Part shown: positions 8,909 to 19,737 of the stretch, piece by piece
Numbering within the stretch: position 1 is the first letter of the stretch
Layout of the letters: each line of letters opens with the position of its first letter
NCBI GenBank assembly: GCA_021851715.1
Contig: JAJZCR010000011.1
Location: 2,418-66,417, forward strand
Direction: 5' to 3'
DNA length: 64,000 bases
DNA from: Planctomycetota bacterium
Lineage (GTDB): Bacteria; Planctomycetota; Phycisphaerae; WQYP01
Translations under genes and position numbers: made by a program
The notes under the pieces: model-generated
Database searches by the model: none
Seen by the model: only the letters and a program-made list of their open reading frames with translations
What the model was told of the DNA's origin: nothing

Positions 8909-11626
8909 ATGGCTGATGACCGCCCGAATCCAGATTCCCTGCTGGCACAAATCAAAGCCGAAGAGCGGCAACATGCGCGTGGCAAATTAAAGGTCTTTTT
9001 CGGCGCAGCGCCCGGCGTGGGCAAAACCTACGCCATGCTTGAGGAAGCCCGACGCCAGGCTGAACAGGGCCGCGATGTGGTCATCGGCTACGCCGAGCCG
9101 CATATCCGCCCAGACACGGAAATGCTGCTGCTGGGCCTGGAAATACTGCCTTACAAAATTGTTCAATACAATGGCACCCAACTGAAGGAATTTGATCTGG
9201 ACGCGGCTTTGGCCCGTAAGCCCGCCATTATCTGTGTGGATGAATTAGCGCACTCCAACGCCCCCGGCCTGCGCCATGCCAAACGCTATCAGGATGTGCA
9301 GGAACTGCTGGACGCAGGCATTGATGTATTTACCACCCTCAATGTCCAGCATCTGGAATCCGTCAATGATGTGGTGGAACGAACCTCGGGTATTAAAGTG
9401 CGCGAAACCCTGCCTGACTGGGTGCTGGAGCAGGCCCACGAGGTGCAGTTGATCGACATCTCACCGGAAAAGCTGCTGGAGCGGATTGCCGAGGGGAAAA
9501 TATATCGCCAACACTCGGTGGATTATCTCACCCGGCAGTTTTTCAACCGCGGCAATCTATCGGCATTGCGTGAACTGGCCCTGCGCCGCATGACCGACCG
9601 AGTGGATGCGCAAATGGAGGATTTTCGCCGCCACAACGCCAGCGATGAAGTATGGCCGGCTTCCGATCGGATTATGGTCTGTGTCGGCCCGAGTCCATTT
9701 TCAGCCCGACTGGTGCGGGCCGCCCGGCGCATGGCCACCGCCTTCAAAGCGGAATGGATTGCCGTTTTTGTGGACCAGCCGGGCACCTACAAACTCTCGA
9801 CTGCAGCGCGACAACGAGTGTTTGAAACCCTGCGCCTGGCCGAGCAGCTTGGTGGCCAGCAGACCACCTTGACTGGAAATGATCCCGCCGAGGCGATTCT
9901 GGCTTTCGCCCGCAGCCGCAATGTAACACGCATTATTGTTGGTACTCCGCTGCGGCAGCAGCGCCGCTGGCGGACCTGGTTGAAGCGATCGCTGGTGGAT
10001 GATCTGATTCGCCACGCCGGCCCGGTGGATATTTATATTATCCGCGACGTTGCCCAGCCATCGCCGTCACCCGATCGCCCTGATCCCCGCAGCATACACC
10101 TGGCTGGCTATGGGTGGGCCGGGGTCATCACGCTGGCCATCGCTGTGCTGGGCATCGGACTGTACCACGGCCTGCATCTTTCCGATACCAACGTGCTGAT
10201 GATTTATCTGCTGGGCGTATTGGGGGTGGCTCTGCGGCTGGGGCGCGGCCCGGCGGTGCTGGCTTCGATGCTAAGCGTGGGCCTCTTTGATTTTACCGTT
10301 GTCCCTCCCTATTACAGCTTTGCGATCAGCGATACCCAATACGGCATCACCTTTGCCGTCATGCTGATCACAGCCCTCACCATTACCACGATGGCGGATC
10401 GTTTGCAGCGGCAATCGTACGCCGCGCGCCGACGTGAGCGGCAAACGGCTTTTCTACTGGCCTTTTCGCGAGAACTGGTGTTGGCCCGCGATTCAAAAAC
10501 GCTCTTCTCCATCGGCGTTCGCCATATCTCCGAAATTTTCGCCTGCCATACGGCTATTTTGCTGGCGGCGATGGACTGCACACTGTCCATCGCCGCCGGA
10601 AACTGGCCCACGCCGCCCGATCCGAAAGACTTGGGCGTGGCCCAATGGGTGCTGGACCACAATCAATCTGCGGGTAAAACCACTGCCACACTTTCTATGG
10701 CCCGCGGTTTGTTTATTCCGCTGCGTCTGGGGCAAAATGTCATCGGCGTACTGGGCCTGACCGGTGAATCCATGGAGCAGTTCGCCGATCCTGAACGCGC
10801 CGCTTTGCTGGAAACTTTTGCCAATCAACTCGCCATGGCGCTGGAACGCATTCGTCTGGCCGATGAAGCCCATCGAGCCTGGGAACGGACCGAAACCGAA
10901 TTAATCCGCAACACCCTGTTTTCCGGGGTCTCGCATGACTTTCGCACTCCGCTGGCGGTTATTACCGGTGCGGCTACGAGCCTGCTGGATGACGGAACGG
11001 CTCTTACTCCGTCGGACCGACGTGATCTGCTGCAAACCATTGCCAGCGAGGCCGATCAGATGGAACGGCTTATCGAGAATCTGCTGGAAATGACCCGGCT
11101 GGAATCCGGCGGGCTGGCCATTAAACCAGAATGGTTTCCCTTGCAGGATATTCTGGTTAGCGCCCTGCAACGGCTGTCCCGGCGGGTGAAAATACGAACG
11201 GTAAATGTGTCCATTGCGCCTGATCTACCATTACTGCACGTGGATGGCGTGCTGCTCGAACAGCTACTCGTCAATCTTATTGACAATGCCCTGAACTACA
11301 GTCCCGCCGACAGCCCAATCGATATCCAGGCCCATGTGCAGGACAACCATATTCATATTGCCGTGGCCGACCGCGGCCACGGGTTGCCCCCGGGTGATCC
11401 GGAACTTTTGTTTGACAAATTTACGCGCGGACCGGCCGCGGGTAATCGCCGTGGAATGGGGTTGGGGTTGGCGATATGTCGCAGCATTGTGCAACTCCAC
11501 GGCGGTACGATTCAGGCCCAGCCGCGACCGGGAGGAGGTTCGGTTTTTATCATGCGCCTGCCCGTGCCAAAGCCGCCCATCTCGGTCGGTGCCGCCAAGG
11601 TTGGCACACCGCCGCACTCCGTGTAA
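8909..11626 (+). CDS. kdpD: Osmosensitive K+ sensor histidine kinase
   Basis: GAAPGVGKT, VDELAH, USP-like domain, 4 TM segments, GAF domain, H-box SHDFRTPL and G-box GMGLGLAIC. Confidence 0.97.
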   Translation: MADDRPNPDSLLAQIKAEERQHARGKLKVFFGAAPGVGKTYAMLEEARRQAEQGRDVVIGYAEPHIRPDTEMLLLGLEILPYKIVQYNGTQLKEFDLDAALARKPAIICVDELAHSNAPGLRHAKRYQDVQELLDAGIDVFTTLNVQHLESVNDVVERTSGIKVRETLPDWVLEQAHEVQLIDISPEKLLERIAEGKIYRQHSVDYLTRQFFNRGNLSALRELALRRMTDRVDAQMEDFRRHNASDEVWPASDRIMVCVGPSPFSARLVRAARRMATAFKAEWIAVFVDQPGTYKLSTAARQRVFETLRLAEQLGGQQTTLTGNDPAEAILAFARSRNVTRIIVGTPLRQQRRWRTWLKRSLVDDLIRHAGPVDIYIIRDVAQPSPSPDRPDPRSIHLAGYGWAGVITLAIAVLGIGLYHGLHLSDTNVLMIYLLGVLGVALRLGRGPAVLASMLSVGLFDFTVVPPYYSFAISDTQYGITFAVMLITALTITTMADRLQRQSYAARRRERQTAFLLAFSRELVLARDSKTLFSIGVRHISEIFACHTAILLAAMDCTLSIAAGNWPTPPDPKDLGVAQWVLDHNQSAGKTTATLSMARGLFIPLRLGQNVIGVLGLTGESMEQFADPERAALLETFANQLAMALERIRLADEAHRAWERTETELIRNTLFSGVSHDFRTPLAVITGAATSLLDDGTALTPSDRRDLLQTIASEADQMERLIENLLEMTRLESGGLAIKPEWFPLQDILVSALQRLSRRVKIRTVNVSIAPDLPLLHVDGVLLEQLLVNLIDNALNYSPADSPIDIQAHVQDNHIHIAVADRGHGLPPGDPELLFDKFTRGPAAGNRRGMGLGLAICRSIVQLHGGTIQAQPRPGGGSVFIMRLPVPKPPISVGAAKVGTPPHSV

Positions 11627-11811
11627 CCCAACAGCACCACGCCGTGGCTGCGGAATATGGGGAGCGCCCATCTTGGCCGCCAGGGACGCAGGAGGCGCTG
11701 AGATTTATAATTTGCTGCCCAGGTATTCTCTACTCCTGCCGCCCGTCGCGCGCAGGGCCACCGTGCAGTCGTGGCCAAACATCATGGCCACGCACCCTTA
11801 AATGATGATAA

Positions 11812-11855
11812 TAAGACCCTGATATCTTGAATTATTGGTCGGAGCACGCTATCAT
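11812..11855 (+). promoter_or_regulatory. Putative sigma70 promoter for ric (TTGAAT-N17-TATCAT) with an imperfect palindrome over the -35
   Basis: TTGAAT at 11827-11832 and TATCAT at 11850-11855; TAAGAC-N6-ATCTTG at 11812-11829. Confidence 0.4.
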
Positions 11856-11914
11856 ATGAATGGCCGCCGATTTGGTGTCGGTCGCGATCACAAATGCCGT
11901 GTCACAGGAGTACA

Positions 11915-12622
11915 ATGATGGCAGACGTTTCAACAACATCAACGCCGGGATTGGACAGTACGGTTTCCCAATGGGTGGTGCAAGCGCCGGCTCGTTCCCG
12001 CATTTTTGAAAAGCGCGGTATCGATTACTGCTGCGGCGGCCAGGCCACGCTGCGCCAAGCCTGCGCCAAGCATCAACTCAATCTGGAGGCTTTAGTTGCG
12101 GAACTTCTGGCGACCGCACCTGAGGCCACCCAGCGTGACTGGTCCACCGCCAGCCTCACTGAACTGGCGAATCATATTGAAAGCACCCACCATGCCTATC
12201 TCAAAGATGAGCTGCCGCGGCTGGCGCGACTGGTGCATCGGACGTATACGGCGCATGGACTGCATTATCGGTGGCTGCCGGAGCTTAAAACCACCTTTGA
12301 TCGCTTTGCCGCCGAAATGGACGCCCACATGTTGAAGGAGGAACACATTTTGTTTCCGCTCATTCGCCGGATCGATGCCGGTGCCAGGGGCGCGGCAGTC
12401 AGCGCACCAGTTGCCGTCATGGAACAGGAGCATGAACGTGCCGGTGCGGCCCTGGAACACATGCGCCGGTTAAGCAACAACTACACTGCTCCGGAGGGAG
12501 CCTGCAACACCTTTCGGGCCATGCTGGATGGCTTGCGTGAATTGGAAGCGGATACCCACATTCACGTTTTTAAGGAAAATAGTATTCTGTTTCCGAAAGC
12601 GATAGCCGCGGCCGAGGTGTAA
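11915..12622 (+). CDS. ric: Iron-sulfur cluster repair di-iron protein (Ric/YtfE/ScdA)
   Basis: GIDYCCGG, HHAYL, HMLKEEHILFP, MEQEH, PEGACNT and HVFKENSILFP motifs; AGGAG RBS. Confidence 0.93.
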   Translation: MMADVSTTSTPGLDSTVSQWVVQAPARSRIFEKRGIDYCCGGQATLRQACAKHQLNLEALVAELLATAPEATQRDWSTASLTELANHIESTHHAYLKDELPRLARLVHRTYTAHGLHYRWLPELKTTFDRFAAEMDAHMLKEEHILFPLIRRIDAGARGAAVSAPVAVMEQEHERAGAALEHMRRLSNNYTAPEGACNTFRAMLDGLRELEADTHIHVFKENSILFPKAIAAAEV

Positions 12623-12748
12623 GCAGACAAAAGTATCACTCCAGAAATTGAGCGTGCTGATTACCGTGCCAGTGGACCGGCAGTGATTTGCCGTTTGTCC
12701 GAAGCGCCAACGAAAAGGAACCGCATCCCCGCAGCAACGTTGGTCCCA

Positions 12749-13588
12749 TCATGGGGGTGCGTTATCGGCCGGGACCTCGGCCTGTGGTTGGCTGGCATTG
12801 TTTTCGAGCCAGGCCAGCGCAGCCTCGGCGGTACCTTGACTCTTGGCCCGCTGTTGCATCCGCCGCGATTGATTGCGCAAATCTAGCATAATGATCACCA
12901 TCGCCAGCCAGCCGATGCCCGCCCCGGCCGCAGTCCAGCTACCGGCGATATGGGCCTGATGCACGAGTGCAGGCAGATGCGACCACCGCTTAATAGTGGC
13001 GGGACCGGGACGAGGGACATATTCCATCAGGCTCAGCCAGGTCAAGATACCAGTCGCAACAACTGTACCGTAGCAGCCACGCCCAAGCCATTTCTCCGGC
13101 GCAAAATATCGTCGGCGACGCTTGGCCACCAGCCAACAAACCAACAGGCCGACAGCCACCGCTGCCACGACTACCGTCAAGCCATTGGACATTCCTGTGA
13201 ATCTTGAGATTTGGACCAGGGGTACCGGACCGAGCAGGTGTAACGAGCGCGTTGCAAAGGTTAAGTTGCCAGCATATACACGCCCAACCCAGCTTAGCCA
13301 GAAAAAGGCAGCGATTGCCATGGCCGAACCGTATCCACGCTCGCCACACCCCGGCCATTTCTCGTGGGAAAAATAGCGATGGTAGCTCTTGGCCAGCGGC
13401 AACAAAATAAAAAAGGCCAAAATCGTAGAAATAATCGGCAGGAGCAACAGCCACAACGTCCACGGCCAGCGCATGCGAAAGGGCTTGGGAACCGTCAGGG
13501 CTGCCTGCCACAGCAACCATACCACGGCGACTTCCACGGCGACAAACAGAACCAACAGGAGGGCCAAGAACTCATTCGAGGTCGGCAT
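12749..13588 (-). CDS. Hypothetical multi-pass membrane protein
   Basis: AGGAGG RBS before MPTSNEF and several hydrophobic segments; no family recognised. Confidence 0.55.
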   Translation of the reverse strand: MPTSNEFLALLLVLFVAVEVAVVWLLWQAALTVPKPFRMRWPWTLWLLLLPIISTILAFFILLPLAKSYHRYFSHEKWPGCGERGYGSAMAIAAFFWLSWVGRVYAGNLTFATRSLHLLGPVPLVQISRFTGMSNGLTVVVAAVAVGLLVCWLVAKRRRRYFAPEKWLGRGCYGTVVATGILTWLSLMEYVPRPGPATIKRWSHLPALVHQAHIAGSWTAAGAGIGWLAMVIIMLDLRNQSRRMQQRAKSQGTAEAALAWLENNASQPQAEVPADNAPP

Positions 13589-13741
13589 CTGATGCTCCTC
13601 CTTGAATCGGACGAGACTCAACGCAAATACTGCCCGGAATACTCTTCCCCGTTATTTAACCTTTCCACCGTTACCTCGGTGCTTGCCACTGTTGCCACTT
13701 GGCCCGAATTTGCTTTACCAGCGGGCCGGGTGAACTGCAAA

Positions 13742-14557
13742 TCATTGGAGGACCAACTCAAGATCACAATATTCCGCCAGCAAGTGGAAATTGGTTTTGG
13801 ATAATTCCGGAAAACTCGATAGTTCGACCTCTGGCAGATAGCGCGAATAATTGTAGCGCCCGATTAAAACGCGCCAAGACGGAGCCTTCGGGCCAAAATG
13901 CTCGCCCCGCGCCGTAAGCATGGAGATAGGAACGGCCATCTCCGCAGTCCAGCCGTGGTCACGATCATGCCAGTTATTTAAGGTTCCATGGACCTGCGCG
14001 GCGACCTTGAGCAGATTGGTTTTGGCCCGCAAATTGCCGGGTAAACCAAGGCGCCCCGGCCCGGGAAAGAAATAGGTGGTTTGCCGATTGTTCGGGGTAA
14101 CATACAATTCCCAATACCAGGTTTCGTTGGGCGGACGAATAAAAAGTTCACAGACATCACCCAACTGAAAATCGGGTAACCCATTTGCCGTGCCTTCCGC
14201 CACCACATCCGAATCGTCCAATTGCGCCCCCAGGTAAAGATACTTTTCATTCCAGAGCATACGAATGCTGCCGCCTTCATGGAGAACCTTGCGCCGACCA
14301 GGTTCGTCGTGAACGGGCATTGCCAGCAATTGATAAGCGGGGGCGTGCCTCCATTGCGGATCACGCAAAGTGCCATCGATTTTAACAGGATCGGCGGCGT
14401 AGGCCGCCTTGAGAACCGTGCGTACAGGTGGACTCTCCGCCGCGCTGGACAATACGGCCTTGGCCGATGCGACCGGCGATTTTCCGTCCGCGGTGATCGC
14501 GGCCAGCGCCGCCAACTGAAATAGGCTGCGTCGAGAAATAGTATCGCTGCGTTTCAT
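13742..14557 (-). CDS. Tat-exported carbohydrate-binding family 9-like (DOMON-like) protein
   Basis: SRRSLF twin-arginine signal; IDGTL.D..W, LWNEKYLY, DVCELFI and WTAEMAVP motifs. Confidence 0.75.
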   Translation of the reverse strand: MKRSDTISRRSLFQLAALAAITADGKSPVASAKAVLSSAAESPPVRTVLKAAYAADPVKIDGTLRDPQWRHAPAYQLLAMPVHDEPGRRKVLHEGGSIRMLWNEKYLYLGAQLDDSDVVAEGTANGLPDFQLGDVCELFIRPPNETWYWELYVTPNNRQTTYFFPGPGRLGLPGNLRAKTNLLKVAAQVHGTLNNWHDRDHGWTAEMAVPISMLTARGEHFGPKAPSWRVLIGRYNYSRYLPEVELSSFPELSKTNFHLLAEYCDLELVLQ

Positions 14558-14576
14558 CTTTTTTGGCTCCTTAAAA

Positions 14577-15956
14577 CTAACCACAGACCAGTTCTGCCGC
14601 GGCCGGCCCCAGGGCGGTTTGAAAAAAGCAGGCCGATGGCTGCAATTCCGGAAATTCGCGTACGTAAGTGTTCCGCCATGCGGAAAGGAAATTTGCCGCC
14701 TGTGAGGTTTGCACCAAAGCCCACACCGCTCCGCCAAACCCGGCCCCAAAGGCGGAGGCCGCCAGCGCCCCAAGACCGCGGGCTGTGGAGGCCAGTCGGC
14801 AAGTTTGCACCACCTGATTGTGCAGGCACGTGTCCGCCAGTTGCTGCGATTGATCTACGATTTTGCCCAGGTCGGTCCAACGTCCGGCAGTCATGGCGGC
14901 AATGGCGGCGGGAATCAAGCGATGGCTTTCGGCATCAAATTGATCCATACGCTGGAGCAGATCCGTAGCGGAAAAACCGGCGATGGGCTGGTCGCCATGG
15001 GCCTGTAGCGCGGCCCGCAGACGGGGAAAGTTCTGGGGATCAGCCCGAAACATGGCTTCCAGGCAATCACCAGGTTGCTTTACCAGATCACGCCAGAACG
15101 CCAGACTCGCGGCGGCCCTTTGTGACACATGATTATACGCGGCCATGGCTGCACCGGTTTTCCGGGCTACCACACCGCTGGTCGCGATGACCACCGTCAG
15201 TTCTGGAGGCAATTTAACGGCAGGTTGGCAGCGGGCATCAAAAAAATCGAATGCAGTCAGGCCCCCGGCCGCGCTGCATAAAATAGCGGTCTGATCCTGG
15301 CTGCCTCCATGAGTACCCACTCCGGCATCGGATGCCAGCCCCCGCCAGGCCCGCCCGCTTTCCACTGCGCCAAGAAATTCGCCCAAGGCCACGCGATCCT
15401 GCAGTTTGTGGCCATGAACGGTGCCGCTGAACTGCCCGTTACTTTTTGCCAACAGCAGATAAAAACCGACAATAAGGCAACTGGAACTGCTTAACCCCGC
15501 CGCGGGCGGCAAGTCGCTGATAAAAGCGACATCCGCCCCACATAGCGGACCGGGGAACACCGCAGCCAGGCGTCGGCTTACGGCCGCCGGATACAAGTCC
15601 CAGCCTTGCGACTGAGCTGTAGTCTGAGCAGAAATCTGCAACTCCGTCACTTCGCCCGAAGCGGCATCCACGATGCACAGCCGGGAATCGGTCCGCGGCG
15701 AACTGCAGAAACACACGCCGCGCTCCACCGCGGCCAAAATGCTCCGGCCGGCACAATAGTCGGTATGTTTGCCGAGAAATTCCAGCCGTCCCGGTACCCA
15801 CCATCGTGAAATGGGTCCGAGGTTACGGCCTAGAGAATCCAGGGCCCCGGAAGCAGTCGAAAACAATTTAGCTTTGGCAACGGCCGCCACGGGGCTTAAA
15901 CCTATCTTTTCCAAGGCTTGCTCTGTCAGGTCCGCGGATAACGACCGGGCTGTCAT
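14577..15956 (-). CDS. Galactokinase-like GHMP-family sugar kinase
   Basis: PGRLEFLGKHTDY, SDLPPAAGLSSSS and GAGFGG motifs; ATGA coupling to the upstream nucleotidyltransferase. Confidence 0.85.
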   Translation of the reverse strand: MTARSLSADLTEQALEKIGLSPVAAVAKAKLFSTASGALDSLGRNLGPISRWWVPGRLEFLGKHTDYCAGRSILAAVERGVCFCSSPRTDSRLCIVDAASGEVTELQISAQTTAQSQGWDLYPAAVSRRLAAVFPGPLCGADVAFISDLPPAAGLSSSSCLIVGFYLLLAKSNGQFSGTVHGHKLQDRVALGEFLGAVESGRAWRGLASDAGVGTHGGSQDQTAILCSAAGGLTAFDFFDARCQPAVKLPPELTVVIATSGVVARKTGAAMAAYNHVSQRAAASLAFWRDLVKQPGDCLEAMFRADPQNFPRLRAALQAHGDQPIAGFSATDLLQRMDQFDAESHRLIPAAIAAMTAGRWTDLGKIVDQSQQLADTCLHNQVVQTCRLASTARGLGALAASAFGAGFGGAVWALVQTSQAANFLSAWRNTYVREFPELQPSACFFQTALGPAAAELVCG

Positions 15957-16792
15957 ATTCGCACCTGCTTCCCGCGCAGCAGGGCAGCCACCGGAGCAAT
16001 GTCGGAGCGCGACGATAAATCGAACACCGCCTGTCCACAACGCCGCACCAGATAGGACACTCCAAACTCGCGACTGGAGCGCAGCACCGCATCGGGCAGT
16101 TCCAGCTCGCCACGGGGAGATAAGGCCAGTCCACGGCAGGCCGCAAAAATTTGCGGGTCAAAACGCCATGAATTCATGCTGATCAAAATGGGCTGTGGCA
16201 AAGACCTCAATTGCTCTTCCGTGGGCTTTTCGATCATGCCTTCCAGCCGGTCATCGGCGGAGACTTTGACAACAGCATATTTGCCGATGCGATCGGCGGG
16301 AATGTTGGAATGCTCCAGCAGTACCTCGCGGGGGTAAACCACCACGCCCGGTGAAGTTAAGCCGCACAGCAATTTAGCCGCTTCGGCCGGATAATAGTTG
16401 TCAGAATTGAGCAGGAGGAAGCCATCCTGGCCGACAAAATCCTCCGCGGCCAAAACTGCATCGGCCGTGCCACGCGGCGGATCCTGCACGGCAAAGCTGA
16501 TTTTGAGCCTCCGGGTAATGCCCGGTTGGTTGTAATAATTTCTGATTTCCGCATGGCCGGGGGCCACAACCAGGCATACCTGTTCAATGCCGGCATCACA
16601 GAGCGGAGTTAAGACATAATCCAAAAATGGGCGTTCAAAAGGAATCATGGCTTTCAGGCCGGCATCGGCGGCACGACTTTGCTCGGGCGCTAAGCCCCCG
16701 GCCGTGGCATCCGCCTTCTTCATCCGTGTTCCCATTCCCGCAGCGAGAATAACGGCCTTACGCACCGGTCCGCTGGATGGTACCATGATCAA
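15953..16792 (-). CDS. Sugar-1-phosphate nucleotidyltransferase (RmlA/GalU-like)
   Basis: KAVILAAGMGTRM, Q..PRGTADAV, IEKP and SPRGELELPDA motifs. Confidence 0.88.
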   Translation of the reverse strand: MIMVPSSGPVRKAVILAAGMGTRMKKADATAGGLAPEQSRAADAGLKAMIPFERPFLDYVLTPLCDAGIEQVCLVVAPGHAEIRNYYNQPGITRRLKISFAVQDPPRGTADAVLAAEDFVGQDGFLLLNSDNYYPAEAAKLLCGLTSPGVVVYPREVLLEHSNIPADRIGKYAVVKVSADDRLEGMIEKPTEEQLRSLPQPILISMNSWRFDPQIFAACRGLALSPRGELELPDAVLRSSREFGVSYLVRRCGQAVFDLSSRSDIAPVAALLRGKQVRI

Positions 16793-17365
16793 ATACTCCT
16801 ATGTTTATAATAACTCATGGATATAAACTTCATGAATGATCCGCCAGATTCATGCCGGCCTGCAGCTTGGCCCGGCGTGGTTTCATACCCAGGTCTTCCC
16901 GAATCAGGCGCAAAAAATTTTAGCGGATTCAAAAAGGACTCGCAAACCGCTGCCTGGATGGCCGCCGACACACCACCCGGGCCGGTTACCAATTTAACGC
17001 CGGGTTGCGATTCCGTGGCGGTTCCATGCTCGTGTCCCTTACCTATATGCGGTATCACCCCGGCGGCCTGGACAACCGTATGGGCTTTTATGGCCAAGCG
17101 CAGTATGCCGATGCCGACACGGCCACTATATCATCGCGAATGCGACTGCCAGGACTTTAGATAAACTTTTGACGCCGATGGAGCCGACAGGCAGGCTTAA
17201 AGCATTCTTTCCAAAACCTGAAAATTTTGCCTGTATGTTATGTAATGGTTCAGCCTGAAAAGGAGAAAGAATCCTGATGCCGCTCGATCAACAATTAGGG
17301 CCAGAGTTGAATTCGCTGCCGACTGCGGCTAAACTCATCGGCTTGAAGATTCGGTCTCCATCCAT

Positions 17366-17439
17366 GAGGGCGTAGCTCAATTGGTTAGAGCATCGGATTG
17401 TCGATCCGAAGGTTGCGGGTTCGATCCCCGTCGCCCTCG
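17366..17439 (+). tRNA. tRNA-Asp (GTC), CCA not encoded
   Basis: Acceptor stem GAGGGCG/CGCCCTC, D-arm TAGCTCAATTGGTTAGAGC, anticodon arm TCGGA-TTGTCGA-TCCGA, T-loop GGTTCGATCC. Confidence 0.96.
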
Positions 17440-17759
17440 TTTGGCCGAATCTCCAAGTTTCATCCGCCCCGCCGGACACACGGACCGTCCCCAGGGCAGG
17501 ACCACCGCACGCCCTGCCCGGTCCCATTATTGTGCTACGCCAGTCGCCCCCCTTCCCATGACGATACACGTACCGGCGATTTAGCCTGCGGCTGGACCCT
17601 CTATTAAGTGAATAGGTGTAGAAACTTTTCGGCGTTGTCCGGTGCTATTGAACTTGACGGTTATTACCTCATATACCGCCGGCAAGTTGATGGCCGGCCA
17701 TGGGTTGCCACTGCAGCCCCAGCCGTTAAGATTGGCCCCCGTGTAAATGGAGTTGTAGA

Positions 17760-19478
17760 TTGTCCGAATCATCCCTCCCGAATGTTAAGGCACAAGCGCC
17801 CGCCTGGGTGCATCGCAGGTGGTGCATGGTAACGGCTTGCGGACTCCTGGTGCTGGGGTTCATCAGCAACATCATTTTTCTTTTCTATCACTGCCCTTTC
17901 GATCTGACCGAAGACGAAAGTCATTACTGGCAGTGGTCGCAGCATTTAGCCTGGGGCTATTACACCAAAGGACCGGGGATCGCCTTTATTATTCATCTTG
18001 CGGTGTTGGTGGGTCGCTGGCTGGGCGTAGCGCATGCGACAATGCCGGAGATCCGCACACCGGCGGTTATTTTTTCCAGCATCAGCGGCTTGGCGAGTCT
18101 GTTTTTGGCCCGGCGCCTCTTTCGTGACGATCGCGCGGGACTGATGGTGATTGTATTATCCGCGGCGATGCCGGTGTTCGCGGTGGGCAGTTTGTTGATC
18201 ACCATTGATTCGCCGATGTATTGCTGTTGGGCCTTGGCCACGCTTTGTACGTGGCTGGCGGTGGAACCACGCGACGAAGAATGGAGTCAAACCCCCAGTT
18301 GGAGCCGGGCCCGCGTGGGATGGCTGTACGCAGCGGGTGTACTGGTGGGACTGGGCAATTTGTGCAAGCCGATACTCATTGCGCTGCCTCCATCCATAGC
18401 GATTGCCGCGTGGTGCAGCCCATACCTGCGCAAGAAACTTTCCACATGGCACAGTGCCGGAGCGTTGCTGGTAGCGGCGGCTATCCAAATTCCCACCCTG
18501 GTATGGAATGCCGATCATCACTGGGTGATGTTTCGAGCTATTGGTGGAGAAGGAGGCATTCACGGCGGAAGCATTCACGTATTGGCGCGGCTGGAAGGCG
18601 CACCCATGCGTGTATTGAGTTTTATCGGATCCGAAGCCGGCATCACGGCCGGATTTATGTTTGTGTTCCTGGTGATGGCGGTGGTGGTCGGCTGGAAACG
18701 GGCCAGAACATTGCCGCCGGTGGCCGCCGCCGGCTGGATTTTTCTGTTGGGAACGGCCCTGCCTATTTTTGGTTTTTACACGCTGCTAAGCCTGTGGAGC
18801 AAGGTACAGGCGAACTGGCCTGCGGCCGGCTTTTTTGCGGCGATGGTGTTATTGGCCGGCCAGGCCAGCGAGGAATGGAATAAGAATGGCGGCCGGCCCA
18901 GTGCTTATCGCAAGTGGCTGGTGGCCGCGGTGGTGTGGGGATTTTTGCTCATTTTAGCTGCGGAAAATATGCAGCGGGTTTATCCCCAACTGGCCCGACT
19001 GTTGCCTCACACTCCCGCCCGGCGGTGGGATCCCGCGTTTCGTTTACGCAATATGCGGGCGCGCGCGGCGGCCATCGAAAAAATTCGCCTGGCCCTGACG
19101 CAGGGGCACAAGCATCCCCCACTGATCATTGCCACACGCTGGGATACCGCCAGTTCGCTGCATTTTTATCTACCGGGTCGCCCCTTTGTATTTTGCATTC
19201 AGTCACGGGTCGGCGGCAAGGGTAGCCAGTTTGATTTATGGCCGGGATTGAATCAAAAAAATCCGCGTACCGGCCAATTAAGATTCCTGGGGCGCAATGC
19301 CGTTCTGACTGGAATTTTAGGCCAGGCCACCGTGAACAAGGTGCTGGCCTCCGCGTTTGCACACATTGCGCCGGTACAGACAATTCAGTTGTATTTTCAC
19401 GGCGTACCCACTGAAAAAATCTTTGTGCGGCGCTGTTACCACTTCCGCGGTTTTCCATCCGCCAGCCGACCACGTTAA
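17760..19478 (+). CDS. GT-C fold glycosyltransferase (family 39 / ArnT-PMT-like)
   Basis: DESHYWQWS..LAWGYYTKGP, TIDSP, WNA..W and QANWPA motifs; many TM helices. Confidence 0.85.
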   Translation: MSESSLPNVKAQAPAWVHRRWCMVTACGLLVLGFISNIIFLFYHCPFDLTEDESHYWQWSQHLAWGYYTKGPGIAFIIHLAVLVGRWLGVAHATMPEIRTPAVIFSSISGLASLFLARRLFRDDRAGLMVIVLSAAMPVFAVGSLLITIDSPMYCCWALATLCTWLAVEPRDEEWSQTPSWSRARVGWLYAAGVLVGLGNLCKPILIALPPSIAIAAWCSPYLRKKLSTWHSAGALLVAAAIQIPTLVWNADHHWVMFRAIGGEGGIHGGSIHVLARLEGAPMRVLSFIGSEAGITAGFMFVFLVMAVVVGWKRARTLPPVAAAGWIFLLGTALPIFGFYTLLSLWSKVQANWPAAGFFAAMVLLAGQASEEWNKNGGRPSAYRKWLVAAVVWGFLLILAAENMQRVYPQLARLLPHTPARRWDPAFRLRNMRARAAAIEKIRLALTQGHKHPPLIIATRWDTASSLHFYLPGRPFVFCIQSRVGGKGSQFDLWPGLNQKNPRTGQLRFLGRNAVLTGILGQATVNKVLASAFAHIAPVQTIQLYFHGVPTEKIFVRRCYHFRGFPSASRPR

Positions 19479-19737
19479 GCTGGTGGCGTCGGCGACCACG
19501 CACCGGCAAGCACCGCTGCGTCCCCTGCGGTGAACCTCCCGGCCGCGGGCCGCATATCAACAACCTGAGAAACTTGAGAAAGATACCGAAAGCCTCAACA
19601 AACTCACATATTTCAGCCCCACCCCTAACTTGAGAAACTAAGCTGACTGGCGCGATCCGACGCGCGCGCCGCCACGCCCGCTTGCCGGAAGCCCGCAAAA
19701 CCCTTACAAACATGGCCATGGATTTAATGGAGAACGC

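Noticed and set aside
16789-17164. Overlapping 102-115 aa ORFs or a structured RNA between the nucleotidyltransferase and the tRNA
   Set aside because: I recognised no protein motifs, convincing RBS or riboswitch consensus.
17366-17439. tRNA-Asp as an integration site
   Set aside because: I saw no duplicated tRNA 3' end and no adjacent integrase; the flanking genes look chromosomal.
19560-19645. Short repeats (AACTTGAGAAA twice, plus CTGAGAAA) upstream of proS as a CRISPR or T-box
   Set aside because: The units are too short and irregular, there are no cas genes, and no T-box consensus is visible.
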